A stretch of 64,000 nt of DNA from an uncultured Syntrophus sp. (GTDB lineage Bacteria > Desulfobacterota > Syntrophia > Syntrophales > UBA8958), in contig CAZNDG010000006.1 of the NCBI GenBank assembly GCA_964571695.1, forward strand, positions 42,859-106,858. Direction: 5' to 3'. The notes under the pieces were generated by a model. The model ran no database searches and had not been told where the DNA came from. It worked only from the letters and a program-made list of their open reading frames with translations. How positions within the stretch are numbered: the stretch's first letter is position 1; every line of letters begins with the position of its first letter. Below, in pieces: positions 19,506 through 29,294 of the stretch. Made by a program: the position numbers and the translations under genes.

Positions 19506-19541
19506 ATCGTCCTTCAGTATCAGAAATATTGGATATTGTTG

Positions 19542-20396
19542 TTAAAGGAGCCCGAGGCTGCTGACCAGCGGCAGGGGATCCACATTGTGCAGTTTGAACC
19601 ACGTCGAGGTTCCGGGCAGGCCGAGGGCCAGGGCCACCAGCTCCGTAAAATAGAAGACGGGCAGGCGCAGGTTCTCGCTGGCCCGGGCGTCGAGATTGGC
19701 CATGCACACCGGACAGGCGGTGACCACGCAGTTCGCCCCGGCCTCCCGGGCCATGGTCATGAGCTTGTCCACCAGTTTTCCTACGATATCCGTCCGGCTG
19801 ATGGTGAGACTGCCGCCGCAGCAATCCGTCTTGTATGACCAGTTTTTCACGTCCGCCCCCAGAGTCGCCAGGATGCCGTCGAGCATGTAGGGATTTTCGT
19901 AATCCTCGAAATTGCAGACCTCCGGGGGACGGACCAGGAGACAGCCATAGTAGGACACGGGCCGCAACCCGGTAAGCTTCTTGACCACCTTGGCCTTCAG
20001 GGCGTCCAGGCCGATCTCGTTGTGAAGGATGTCGATGGGGCTCTTGACGTCCAATCCCGGCGTGTATTTCTGGCCAACAATCTCTTCCACTTCCTTTTTG
20101 AGGGCCTCGTCATGCTGGAGATGGTGCTGAGCCGATTTGAAGCGATTGAAACAGGCCGCGCAGGGCACCATCATCTCCTTGGCCTCCCCCTTGCCGGCGA
20201 TCATGAGATTCCGGGCGGGAAGGGCCACGGAAAGCTTGAAGTTCGTAGCGTGGCCCGAGGTGGCGCCACAGCAGGACCAATCTTCGATTTCCTTGAGTTC
20301 CACGCCCAAGGCGCGGCTCACCGTCTTGACGGACTGGTCGTATTCCTTCGCCGTCCCGTGGAGGGAACATCCCGGATAATAAGAAACTTTCAACAC
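19542..20396 (-). CDS. hdrB: Heterodisulfide reductase subunit B
   Basis: Two CCG domains: YYPGC, WSCCGA, PCAAC, YYGC, DCCGG, ACPVC. Confidence 0.93.
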   Translation of the reverse strand: MLKVSYYPGCSLHGTAKEYDQSVKTVSRALGVELKEIEDWSCCGATSGHATNFKLSVALPARNLMIAGKGEAKEMMVPCAACFNRFKSAQHHLQHDEALKKEVEEIVGQKYTPGLDVKSPIDILHNEIGLDALKAKVVKKLTGLRPVSYYGCLLVRPPEVCNFEDYENPYMLDGILATLGADVKNWSYKTDCCGGSLTISRTDIVGKLVDKLMTMAREAGANCVVTACPVCMANLDARASENLRLPVFYFTELVALALGLPGTSTWFKLHNVDPLPLVSSLGLL

Positions 20397-20422
20397 TTGC
20401 CTCCTTGCTGTCGCTTGCCGCG

Positions 20423-21031
20423 TTACGCGTGCTTCGTTTTATCGAATATCTTCCGGATCGTATTCATGTCCCGGGTCTTCGGAGAGACGAGGGACAATTT
20501 GCCCTTCATGAACATGGAGATGCCCATGCCCATATCGGAGAAGAGGTCCCCGGATTTGAGCTTGTAGTCCACCATCATGAACGGCTCGTTGATCCGGCCC
20601 CGGGATTTGATGCTGGCCAGGAACGCCTCGTGGAAGGAAAGGACATTCTTTTCCCTGGCCCCGATGCCGGCGGCAATGGCCATCTCCCGGAGAACGTCCA
20701 TCATCCGGGCGATGTCCACCTCGTTGGGACATCGGGTGATGCAGGTTTCGCAGGATGCACAGAGCCAGATGGTAGAACTACCCAGGACTTCCTTTTTCAT
20801 TCCCATCTGGATCATCCGAATGACCTTGTTGGGGTTGTGTTCCATGGCGAAGGCCAGGGGACAGCCGGCGGTGCACTTCCGGCAGTGATAGCACCGCTGC
20901 AGGGGCACGCCGTTTATTTTCTCGTTTACTTCTTCCAGAAAGGTCTTCATGTTGACTCCATTCACCGTCCGTTCATCCTCGGTTACAGGCAGACAGCCGT
21001 AGGATTTGACCAGAATCTTGTTGCCGGTCAT
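20423..21031 (-). CDS. hdrC: Heterodisulfide reductase subunit C
   Basis: CYHCRKCTAGCP and IWLCASCETCITRCP ferredoxin motifs. Confidence 0.92.
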   Translation of the reverse strand: MTGNKILVKSYGCLPVTEDERTVNGVNMKTFLEEVNEKINGVPLQRCYHCRKCTAGCPLAFAMEHNPNKVIRMIQMGMKKEVLGSSTIWLCASCETCITRCPNEVDIARMMDVLREMAIAAGIGAREKNVLSFHEAFLASIKSRGRINEPFMMVDYKLKSGDLFSDMGMGISMFMKGKLSLVSPKTRDMNTIRKIFDKTKHA

Positions 21032-21033
21032 AT

Positions 21034-22044
21034 TTAGGGGTTATAGATAAAATCTTCCTTGTCGTGTTCCTTGAAGGTGGAAAGGGGCGGAGGATCTTCC
21101 AGGGAGGCCCCCGCCCGGTTGCCGAAGAAATCAAAGGCATCCTTGTCGAGTTTCTTGAGGAATTTCCTCAGATCGACGCCCATGGGACATACGGAGACGC
21201 AGGAACCGCAGTCCACGCAGCGCCCCACCATGTGGAAGAGGCGCATCAACTGGAATACCTGGGTGTCCGTAGCGTCTTCTCCCAGACCCACCCACTGTGG
21301 CTGGCTCTGCTCGACAAAGCAGGTAGGACAGTAGCACGAGGGACAGGCCTGGCGGCAGGCATAGCAACGGATGCACTTGGACATCTCTTTGGTAAAATAC
21401 TCCCAGCGCTCCTCCGTGGATAGTTTCTCGAATTCCTCGACCTCTGCGTACTCCCGGGCCGCTCCAAGCATCTCCGGGGCCTTTTCGCCGATCATCACAT
21501 CGCAGATGATGGGATTGTTGAACTTGCAGGTCCGGCAATTGTCCGCCAAGACGTCCTGCACAGGAATCTCCCTTTCCCCACTCGCTGTCTGGATGGTAAT
21601 TCGGTCTCCCGCCAACGACCCCTCCTGGATATCCGCACCGTCCAGGGCCACCGTCAGGGCCTTGCGATCCACGTAGCCGGTGCAGGGCACGCCGATGATC
21701 ACCACCTCGTCCCTTCCGTACTGGCGCTCCTGAAGATGGAGCACGATGGAGCGGGTGGTGCAGCCCCGGGCCACGACACCGACCACCTTTTTTTTCCGGT
21801 CTTCCGGCTTGACCCGTTTCTGGGCATTACGATGCTGGGAGATCAGATCGTGGACGTATTTGGCCAGGTTCTGGGTACAAAAGGCGTTCCAGACAAGCCG
21901 GTCGGCCTCTTCCGAATTCGTGATGAAACAGGGCGTCGCCGTCAGGGGCAGGGTGCCCGCCTCGTAACCCACCAGGGCATCCACCCTTTTTTCTTCCAGA
22001 AGCCGTTTTGCCTCTTCCCTTAACTTTTTCTCGATGTTTTCCAC
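21034..22044 (-). CDS. flxC: FlxC-like 4Fe-4S protein
   Basis: CIRCYACRQACPSCYC..C and GRCVDCGSCVSVCP; GTG start with GAGGA RBS chosen. Confidence 0.85.
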   Translation of the reverse strand: MENIEKKLREEAKRLLEEKRVDALVGYEAGTLPLTATPCFITNSEEADRLVWNAFCTQNLAKYVHDLISQHRNAQKRVKPEDRKKKVVGVVARGCTTRSIVLHLQERQYGRDEVVIIGVPCTGYVDRKALTVALDGADIQEGSLAGDRITIQTASGEREIPVQDVLADNCRTCKFNNPIICDVMIGEKAPEMLGAAREYAEVEEFEKLSTEERWEYFTKEMSKCIRCYACRQACPSCYCPTCFVEQSQPQWVGLGEDATDTQVFQLMRLFHMVGRCVDCGSCVSVCPMGVDLRKFLKKLDKDAFDFFGNRAGASLEDPPPLSTFKEHDKEDFIYNP

Positions 22045-22130
22045 TTTATATGAATCCTCGAATTGATATTGTCTTAAGCAAAAGCAAATGCAGGGCTTTT
22101 CCGCCGCGCCCGGCACCCCCAAAACGGTCT

Positions 22131-22568
22131 TTACAGTTTCTTCACCAGCTTCGCCGCCGGACCGAGGGCCTGTACCTTCGCGGTCACGCCCTTGATGACA
22201 TTGGCAAACCGCTCCCCCTCCGATGCCGAGACCCAGGTAAAAATGGTCCGGTCACCTTCGATCCCGATGTAGTCCAGGAAACTTTTCAACGTCGCAAACT
22301 TGCGGCGCGCCACTAAATTTCCCGAAATATAGTGGCATTCACCGGGGTGTCAGCCGGAAACCAGAACGCCGTCGGCTCCCGTCTGCAGGGCCTTCACGAC
22401 GTAAAACGGGTTGATCCTTCCCGTGCAGGGCACGCGAATGATGCGCACGTTCGGCGGATACTGAATCCTGCTGATTCCGGCCAGATCGGCGCCCGCGTAA
22501 GTACACCAGTTACAGACAATGGCGACGATTTTTGGCACCCATTCCTTGTTTGCTGCATTTTCAGCCAT
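22131..22568 (-). CDS. flxD: FlxD/MvhD-like 2Fe-2S subunit, selenoprotein (in-frame UGA at 22352-22350)
   Basis: [34 protein letters not shown]; frame continues to WVSASEG; joins the two ORF-track pieces. Confidence 0.92.
22309..22336 (-). promoter_or_regulatory. Bacterial SECIS hairpin
   Basis: GCCACTA-T-ATTT-CGGG-AAAT-T-TAGTGGC starting 13 nt after UGA, G-containing apical loop 25 nt from UGA. Confidence 0.8.
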
Positions 22569-22616
22569 ATATTCTCCTTCCCGTGGCCATGCGCCTTATC
22601 GGCCGTTGACCTTAGT

Positions 22617-25600
22617 TTAGATATTAAATATCTGCTCCAGCTCTTCTTCGTTGGTGAAGCCGTTGAGATCCACGGCGTTCATCCGGCACGAGGCGGTACA
22701 GACCCCGCATCCCTTGCAGAGGATGGCGTTGACCTCGGCACATCCTTCCACCACATTCACCCGAATGGCGCCGAAGGGGCAGTTTTCCTCGCAGAGACCG
22801 CAGGCGGAGCACCGCTCCTTGTTAACAAAGGCCGTCTTACCTTCCGCCTCGATGAAATCCTTGGTAAGGATGGTGCCGGCCCGGGAAACCGCGGCATTGG
22901 CCTGGACGATGGCGTCCTCGCTGAGTTTCGGGGCGTGCGCCATGCCGCACATGAAGACGCCGTCGGTGGCAAAATCCACGGGGCGGAGCTTAACATGGGC
23001 CTCCAGGAAGAACCCGTCCTGGTTCGTCGGCACCTTGAGCATATTGCCGATGGCCACGTTCTCCGGATTGGGCACGGTACCCACGCTCAGAGCCAGCAGA
23101 TCCGTCTTGAATTCCACGGGACCGTTCATGATGGGATCGAAGACCCGGATGGAGAGTTTGTCGCCCTGCTGAATCACTTCCGGTTTCCGCTCTTCATCGT
23201 AGCGGATGAACCGTACGTTCAGTTCCCGGGCCTTTTTATAGTAATCCTCCTTCAGGCCGAAGGTGCGGATATCGCGGTAGATCACCGTGACTTCCCGAGC
23301 CGGGTCCATCTCCTTGAGCTTCAGGGCGTTCTTCATCGCCTCGGAACAGCAATAGCGGCTGCAATATGGCCGCTCGGGTATCCGGGAGCCAACGCATTGG
23401 ATCATGGTCACGCTCCCCGCCTGGAGAGCCTTGTCGTCCTTCTCGGCTATGAGTTTCTCCAACTCCCGCTGCGTAACGACCTGGGGGGACTGGCCATGGA
23501 GATATTCCGTCGTCTCCAGTTCATAACCGCCCGTGGCCACGATGACGACGCCGTGTTCGAACTGCTCATCTCCATCCCGCGTCGTGATGGTAGTCTTGTA
23601 ATTGCCGATGAAACCTTCTATTTTCGTGATCGCCGCCCCGGCATAGGCATGGATTAGTTTGCTGGCCTGCACCTTTTCCAGTAGCTCCTTCAGATGCTTG
23701 CGGGTATCCAGCCCCTCCAGGGTGTAATAGAGCTTCCGGTAATTGCCTCCCAGAACCGGCTCCTTTTCCACGATATAGGACTCAAAGCCCTGATCGGCCA
23801 GGGAGAGGGCGGCCGTAATTCCCGCCAGGCCTCCGCCGATGATGAGAGCGGCATGATTGACCGTCAACTGTCCCGGTTTCAGCGGTTTGAGGAACTGCGC
23901 CTTGGCGACGGCCATCCGCACGAGATCCTTGGCCTTTTCCGTGGCCGCATCAGGCTCGTGCATATGCACCCAAGAGTTCTGATCGCGAATGTTGGCCATC
24001 TCGAAAAGGTACCGATTGAGCCCCGCTTTTTCGCAGTTCTCCTGGAATAGTCCTTCGTGGGTCCGGGGGGAGCAGGAGGCGACGACGACCCGGGTCAGGT
24101 TCTGTTCCTTGATCACCTCGCCCATCTTCACTGCCGTATCTTGGGAGCAGGTAAAGAGGTTGTCCGTGGCAAAGACCACGTTGGGGAGGGTCTTGCAGTA
24201 TTCGACCACCTCGGGCACTTTGACGACGCCGCCGATGTTGATTCCGCAGTGACATACGAAAACGCCCGTGCGGGGGCCCAGCCCCCGGAGATCCGATTCC
24301 AGGGGGACTTCCTCCTCGGCGATCATGGTCCCCCGTCGGGAAGCCAGGATGCCCGACGCTCGGGCCGCAGCGCCGCTGGCCTCCATGACCGTCTCGGGGA
24401 TGTCCTTGGGGCCGCCGAAGGCGCCGCACACGAAGATGCCCGGCCGGGAAGTCTCCACGGGATTTTCCAGGGCGGTTTTACAGAAGCCGTGTTCTTCCAG
24501 CTCGATGCCCAGGGCCTTCGCCAGTTCCGCCGCCTCGGAAGGCGGGCAGAGGCCTACGGAGAGGACGACCATGTCGAATTCTTCCTCGATGAGACTTCCG
24601 TCTTCCTGGACGTATTTAAGCAACAGGTTCTTTGATTGCTGAAGTTCCTTGATCGTCGAGGGCATGGAGCGGATATAACGAATTCCGTATTCGTCCTTAG
24701 CCCGATTGACGAAGCGGTCGAAGTCCTTGCCGTGGGCGCGGATATCCATGAAGAAAATCGTCGGTTCCAATCCCTTGGCGTGTTCCTTGCCGATGATGGC
24801 CTCCTTGGTGGCATACATACAACACACGGACGAACACCAACTGTTGCCGCAGGAGGTGTCCCGGGAGCCCACGCACTGGATGAAGGCGATTTTATGCGGT
24901 TCACGACCATCGCTGATCCGCTGGACATGCCCGAAATAGGGGCCGGAGGCGGAGAGGATCCGCTCGAACTGGATGCTGGTGACGACGTTTTGATAGATAC
25001 CGTAGCCGTACTCGCCCCGGAGCCGTGCGTTAAAGACTTCGAAGCCCGGGGCGGCGATGACGGCCCCGACCTCGATGGTTTCTTCTTCAAAGGTGTCATC
25101 GTGGTTGATGGCGCCGGCGATGCAGGCATCGACGCACTGGTAGCATTCCGAGCAGATCCCGCAGGCCAGGCATCGCTTCGCCTCCGCCACGGCCTCTTCC
25201 TCGGTGAAGCCGATGCCCACTTCTCGGAAGTTCGTCCGCCGGTCTTCGGGTTTCATGTGGGGATATTTGACCCGGGAAACCTTGGTCACCTGGGAAACGT
25301 CGGCCTTGTCGGCCAGACCCTTGGTCCAGTCCTTCGCCCGACCCGCCGCGACATCCTCGCCTTTCAGATAGCGGTCGATGGACACCGCCGCCTCCTTGCC
25401 CGCATAAACGGCCTTGACGACGGTCTGGGGACCCGTAACGACATCGCCGCCGGCAAAGACGCCGGGAACATTCGAGGCGAAGGTTACGGGATCGACGTCG
25501 AAGTTTTTCCACTTGTTGACGGCAATGCCGCTTTCCTTGGGAACGAAATCGAGATCCGCCTCCTGACCGATGGCGGGAATCAGGGCGTCGCAGGGAACGA

Positions 25601-27050
25601 TGAATTCCGAACCCTTGATCTCCACGGGGCGGCGGCGGCCGCTGGCATCGGGCTCGCCGAGTTCCATGCGGGTGCACTCCACTCCCGTGACCTTCCCGTT
25701 CTCCCCGACGACGCGCTTGGGGGCCACGAGGAATTCCATCTTGATGCCCTCTTCCAGTGCCTCTTCGATCTCCTCGGGAGAGGCGGGCATTTCCGCCCGG
25801 GAACGGCGGTAGAGGATGAAGACGTCCTTGGAGCCCGTACGGATCGCCGTCCGGACGGCGTCCATGGCGACGTTGCCGCCGCCGACGACGGCGACCTTGT
25901 CGCCGAGGAAAACCTTTTCCCCGAGATTAACCCGTTTCAGATAATCGACGCCATGGATGACGCCCTGCATCTCTTCGCCGGGGATATTCAGCTTGCTGCT
26001 GTTGACTGTTCCGCAACCGATAAAGATCGCGTCATATTCCTTCTGGAGCTTATCGAAGGGAATATCCTTGCCGATGGCCTTGTTCAGATGAATCTTGACG
26101 CCGAGGTCCTCGATGACCTTGATCTCCGCCCGGAGGACGTCCTTGGGGAGGCGATATTCGGGGATGCCCACGGCAAGCCAGCCGCCCGCCACGGGGAGGG
26201 ATTCGAAGACCTCCACGTCATAGCCCTCGGCCGCCAGATAGTAGGCGCAGGTAAGACCGGCGGGACCGGCGCCGACGACGGCGATCTTCTTGCCCTTGCT
26301 TTCCTTCTTCTCGGGGATAAAGCGGGTCTCGTCCTTCAGATCCAGATCGGCTACGAAACGCTTCAGGTGCATGATATCAATGGGATCTTCCACTTTACCG
26401 CGCATACACGCCGACTCGCAGGGATGGTTGCACACCCGGCCGCAGACGATGGGGAAGGGATTGTCTTTCTTGATGAGCGCCAGTGCTTCCTTGTACTTAC
26501 CCGCGGCGATGAGGGCCACGTAGCCCTGAACGCTGATGTGGGTGGGACAGGCAGCCTTGCAGGGGGAGGTGCCAAGTTTGTCGATGGCGAAGCCGCTGGG
26601 AATCGCCTGGGGGAACTTGCGATAAGTCGCCTGACGTTCTGAGAGGCCCTCGTTGAAGTCCGAAGGGACATTGATGGGGCAGACCTTGGCACAGTCGCCG
26701 CAGCCGGTGCACTTGTCCAGATCGATGAACCGGGGGGCCTTGGTCATCCGGACCGTGAATTTTCCCGCCTCCCCATCCACGGCATTGACCGTGCGCCGGG
26801 TAAGGATCTCCACGTTGGGATGCCTGCCCACCTCCACCAGTTTGGGGGAGAGGATACAGGCGGAACAGTCGTTGGTGGGGAAGGTCTTGTCGAGCTGGGC
26901 CATGACGCCGCCGATGCTGATGTCCTTTTCCACCAGATAAACCTTCAAGCCGGAATTGGCCAGATCGAGGGAAGCCTGAATCCCTGCGATGCCGGAACCG
27001 ACAACCATCACCGAACCGATTTTTTCATTGTCATTGATCACGAGAGACAC
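22617..27050 (-). CDS. hdrA: Large HdrA-like flavoprotein with an inserted GltD/NfnB-like module
   Basis: PTNDCSACILSP, IQCVGSR, CSSVCC, CGINIG, SCSPRTH plus SPCKAACP..CGRVCNHPCESAC, GAGPAG, GGGNVAMD; start may be GTG at 27041. Confidence 0.92.
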   Translation of the reverse strand: MSLVINDNEKIGSVMVVGSGIAGIQASLDLANSGLKVYLVEKDISIGGVMAQLDKTFPTNDCSACILSPKLVEVGRHPNVEILTRRTVNAVDGEAGKFTVRMTKAPRFIDLDKCTGCGDCAKVCPINVPSDFNEGLSERQATYRKFPQAIPSGFAIDKLGTSPCKAACPTHISVQGYVALIAAGKYKEALALIKKDNPFPIVCGRVCNHPCESACMRGKVEDPIDIMHLKRFVADLDLKDETRFIPEKKESKGKKIAVVGAGPAGLTCAYYLAAEGYDVEVFESLPVAGGWLAVGIPEYRLPKDVLRAEIKVIEDLGVKIHLNKAIGKDIPFDKLQKEYDAIFIGCGTVNSSKLNIPGEEMQGVIHGVDYLKRVNLGEKVFLGDKVAVVGGGNVAMDAVRTAIRTGSKDVFILYRRSRAEMPASPEEIEEALEEGIKMEFLVAPKRVVGENGKVTGVECTRMELGEPDASGRRRPVEIKGSEFIVPCDALIPAIGQEADLDFVPKESGIAVNKWKNFDVDPVTFASNVPGVFAGGDVVTGPQTVVKAVYAGKEAAVSIDRYLKGEDVAAGRAKDWTKGLADKADVSQVTKVSRVKYPHMKPEDRRTNFREVGIGFTEEEAVAEAKRCLACGICSECYQCVDACIAGAINHDDTFEEETIEVGAVIAAPGFEVFNARLRGEYGYGIYQNVVTSIQFERILSASGPYFGHVQRISDGREPHKIAFIQCVGSRDTSCGNSWCSSVCCMYATKEAIIGKEHAKGLEPTIFFMDIRAHGKDFDRFVNRAKDEYGIRYIRSMPSTIKELQQSKNLLLKYVQEDGSLIEEEFDMVVLSVGLCPPSEAAELAKALGIELEEHGFCKTALENPVETSRPGIFVCGAFGGPKDIPETVMEASGAAARASGILASRRGTMIAEEEVPLESDLRGLGPRTGVFVCHCGINIGGVVKVPEVVEYCKTLPNVVFATDNLFTCSQDTAVKMGEVIKEQNLTRVVVASCSPRTHEGLFQENCEKAGLNRYLFEMANIRDQNSWVHMHEPDAATEKAKDLVRMAVAKAQFLKPLKPGQLTVNHAALIIGGGLAGITAALSLADQGFESYIVEKEPVLGGNYRKLYYTLEGLDTRKHLKELLEKVQASKLIHAYAGAAITKIEGFIGNYKTTITTRDGDEQFEHGVVIVATGGYELETTEYLHGQSPQVVTQRELEKLIAEKDDKALQAGSVTMIQCVGSRIPERPYCSRYCCSEAMKNALKLKEMDPAREVTVIYRDIRTFGLKEDYYKKARELNVRFIRYDEERKPEVIQQGDKLSIRVFDPIMNGPVEFKTDLLALSVGTVPNPENVAIGNMLKVPTNQDGFFLEAHVKLRPVDFATDGVFMCGMAHAPKLSEDAIVQANAAVSRAGTILTKDFIEAEGKTAFVNKERCSACGLCEENCPFGAIRVNVVEGCAEVNAILCKGCGVCTASCRMNAVDLNGFTNEEELEQIFNI

Positions 27051-27144
27051 CTCAAAAGATGGGTATATGCGGGTTTATATATTCTATAAGTCTTCAAGTA
27101 CGACCTTTTCCCTGATCGGATTTTGCGGACTACAACCGACGGTG

Positions 27145-27173
27145 CCGCTATCATGATTCAGCATCCCTGTCAA
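27145..27173 (-). promoter_or_regulatory. Sigma-70 promoter of the hdr-flx cluster
   Basis: TTGACA-N17-TAGCGG with TG extension. Confidence 0.5.
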
Positions 27174-27290
27174 GGGTAAAAGTTTCCGCCCAAGAGGTTA
27201 ACTCCTTTAAAGTTCCTTAGATATTCTGATCATTCCGGACTACGGTTTCTACGGCGGGCGATGTTTTCTTCGCCGCCGGCCGCGGGCGGT

Positions 27291-27881
27291 TCAAAGGGTC
27301 CTTGCCGCCTCTTCGATGGCCCGCCACAGCAGTTCCCGTCCCTGGCGCGTACGGGAGGAAAAGAGAATGGGTTCCCGGCGTCCGGCGCCGCCGGCCTGCG
27401 CTTCGATGAGGCGCTGGCTCGCCAGGGCCTGCCGGCGGGAAAGCTTGTCGGCCTTAGTCAGGACAAGCTGACAGGGACGGCCTTTTTCCTCCATCCACAG
27501 CAGGAAATTTCGGTCGTCATCCCGGAGTTCCCGGCGGATATCCAGGATCAGGACGATGAGGGCCAGGTTTTCCCTTCCCGCGAGATAGGCCTCCACCATG
27601 GGACCCCAGCTCTGCCTGACCTTTTCCGGCACCCGGGCGAAACCGTAGCCGGGCAGATCGACAAAAAAAAGCTCTTCATTTACCCAAAAGAAATTTATGG
27701 CCTGGGTCCGACCCGGCATCCGGCTGGTCTTGGCCAGATTGCCCCGGTTCGCAAGGGTGTTGATCAGGGTGGATTTCCCCACGTTGGAGCGGCCGGCAAA
27801 GGCAATTTCCGGAAATTGCGGCGGCGGATAATGGGCGGGAAGTAGCGCCGTCTTGACAAACTCCGCGGACCTGATCTTCAT
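27291..27881 (-). CDS. engB: Ribosome biogenesis GTPase YihA/YsxC
   Basis: AGRSNVGKSTLIN, DLPGYG, TKAD. Confidence 0.95.
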   Translation of the reverse strand: MKIRSAEFVKTALLPAHYPPPQFPEIAFAGRSNVGKSTLINTLANRGNLAKTSRMPGRTQAINFFWVNEELFFVDLPGYGFARVPEKVRQSWGPMVEAYLAGRENLALIVLILDIRRELRDDDRNFLLWMEEKGRPCQLVLTKADKLSRRQALASQRLIEAQAGGAGRREPILFSSRTRQGRELLWRAIEEAARTL

Positions 27882-27890
27882 GGAGAGGTC

Positions 27891-29270
27891 TCAATCCCGC
27901 TCGATGGTAAGGCCGTACTTCTCCAACTTGCGCTCGAAGGTAGGCCTTGAGATCCCCAGGATGTCGCACAGATCTCCTTTTGTGCGGTGGCTGTTCTCCT
28001 TGATCACCCTCCGGATGTACTGCTCCTCCACCGCTTCCAGGGTCAGGGGACGGCCGGCGGTGGTCTCAATAGCTTCCCCCCGCTTTTCGTCGTCGGCGGC
28101 CACGGCCTCTTCGGAAAGATCGGGAAAATCACTCCGGGTGAGCACCTGGCTTTTGGCCACCACCACGGCCCGGGTCAGCAGGTTTTCCAGTTCCCGGACA
28201 TTGCCGGGCCAGCGGTAGGACATGAACAGCTCCATCATTTCATCGGAGAGGCCGATGACCTTCTTGTGCAGTTCCCGGTTGATCTTGGCCAGGAGATAAT
28301 CCACCAGAGTCGCGATGTCCTCCCGCCGCTCCCGGAGGGGCGGGAGGCGGATCGCCACGATATTCAACCGGTAATAGAGGTCGTCGCGGAACTTCCCCTC
28401 CTTGACCATCAACTTGAGATCCTTGTTCGTCGCCGTGATGATCCGGGCGTTGACCTTGATGGTATCCTTACCGCCCACCCGCTCGAAATCCATCTCCTGG
28501 AGGACCCGCAGGAGTTTCGCCTGGAGGTTCAGGGACATCTCGCTGATCTCGTCGAGAAACACCGTCCCGTATCGGGCCAGTTCGAATTTACCCAGTTTGC
28601 GGGTGATGGCCCCGGTAAAGGAGCCCTTTTCGTGGCCGAAGAGTTCCGACTCCAGGAGGGTTTCCACAATCGCCGAGCAGTTGACGGCGATATACGGTTC
28701 CTCGGGAGACGTATTGTTATGGATAACCTTGGCGATCAGTTCCTTCCCGGTGCCGCTTTCCCCCTGGATTAGCACCGTGGTCCGGCTCTGGGAAACTACA
28801 CCGATGGTCTTGAAGATCTCCTTCATTTCCTTTGTGTTGCCGATGATGTCGCCGACTTTGAAACTCCGTGAAGGTTCGTTGAGCAAACCGCTGATCTTCT
28901 TTTCCATCTCCAGGGTCTTCAGGGCCTTCTTGATGGCCATGTCCAGCTCTTCCACGTTGATGGGCTTGTGAATATAATCGAAGGCCCCGCCTTTCATGGC
29001 TTTGATGGTGGAATCCATATCGTGATAAGCGGTGATCATGATCACCTTCACATTTTCTTCCTCCTCCCGCAGATCTTCCAGGACGGTGAATCCGTCGATG
29101 TCGGGGAGGCGGATATCGAGAACGACCAGGTCGGGGGCGTGCTTCACGAAGGCATTGAGGCCGTCGGTTCCCGTGGCGGCAGTGTAAACCGTATATCCTT
29201 CTTCCGTCAGGTAGAGGTCGAGGCTTTCCGCGATGGAACTATCGTCGTCAATGACCAGAATTTTTGCCAT
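27891..29270 (-). CDS. Sigma-54-dependent response regulator (NtrC family)
   Basis: Receiver (IDDD, LDIRLP), GESGTGKE, ELFGHEKGSFTGA, RDDLYYRL, C-terminal HTH. Confidence 0.95.
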   Translation of the reverse strand: MAKILVIDDDSSIAESLDLYLTEEGYTVYTAATGTDGLNAFVKHAPDLVVLDIRLPDIDGFTVLEDLREEEENVKVIMITAYHDMDSTIKAMKGGAFDYIHKPINVEELDMAIKKALKTLEMEKKISGLLNEPSRSFKVGDIIGNTKEMKEIFKTIGVVSQSRTTVLIQGESGTGKELIAKVIHNNTSPEEPYIAVNCSAIVETLLESELFGHEKGSFTGAITRKLGKFELARYGTVFLDEISEMSLNLQAKLLRVLQEMDFERVGGKDTIKVNARIITATNKDLKLMVKEGKFRDDLYYRLNIVAIRLPPLRERREDIATLVDYLLAKINRELHKKVIGLSDEMMELFMSYRWPGNVRELENLLTRAVVVAKSQVLTRSDFPDLSEEAVAADDEKRGEAIETTAGRPLTLEAVEEQYIRRVIKENSHRTKGDLCDILGISRPTFERKLEKYGLTIERD

Positions 29271-29294
29271 TAGGGGCTCCTGATATATGATTGC

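Noticed and set aside
22131-22568. flxD as a nonsense pseudogene
   Set aside because: TGA is at a conserved Cys position with an intact downstream frame and a SECIS hairpin
24636-26642. 668-aa plus-strand ORF and similar long ORFs opposite hdrA
   Set aside because: Antisense shadows of a well-supported gene
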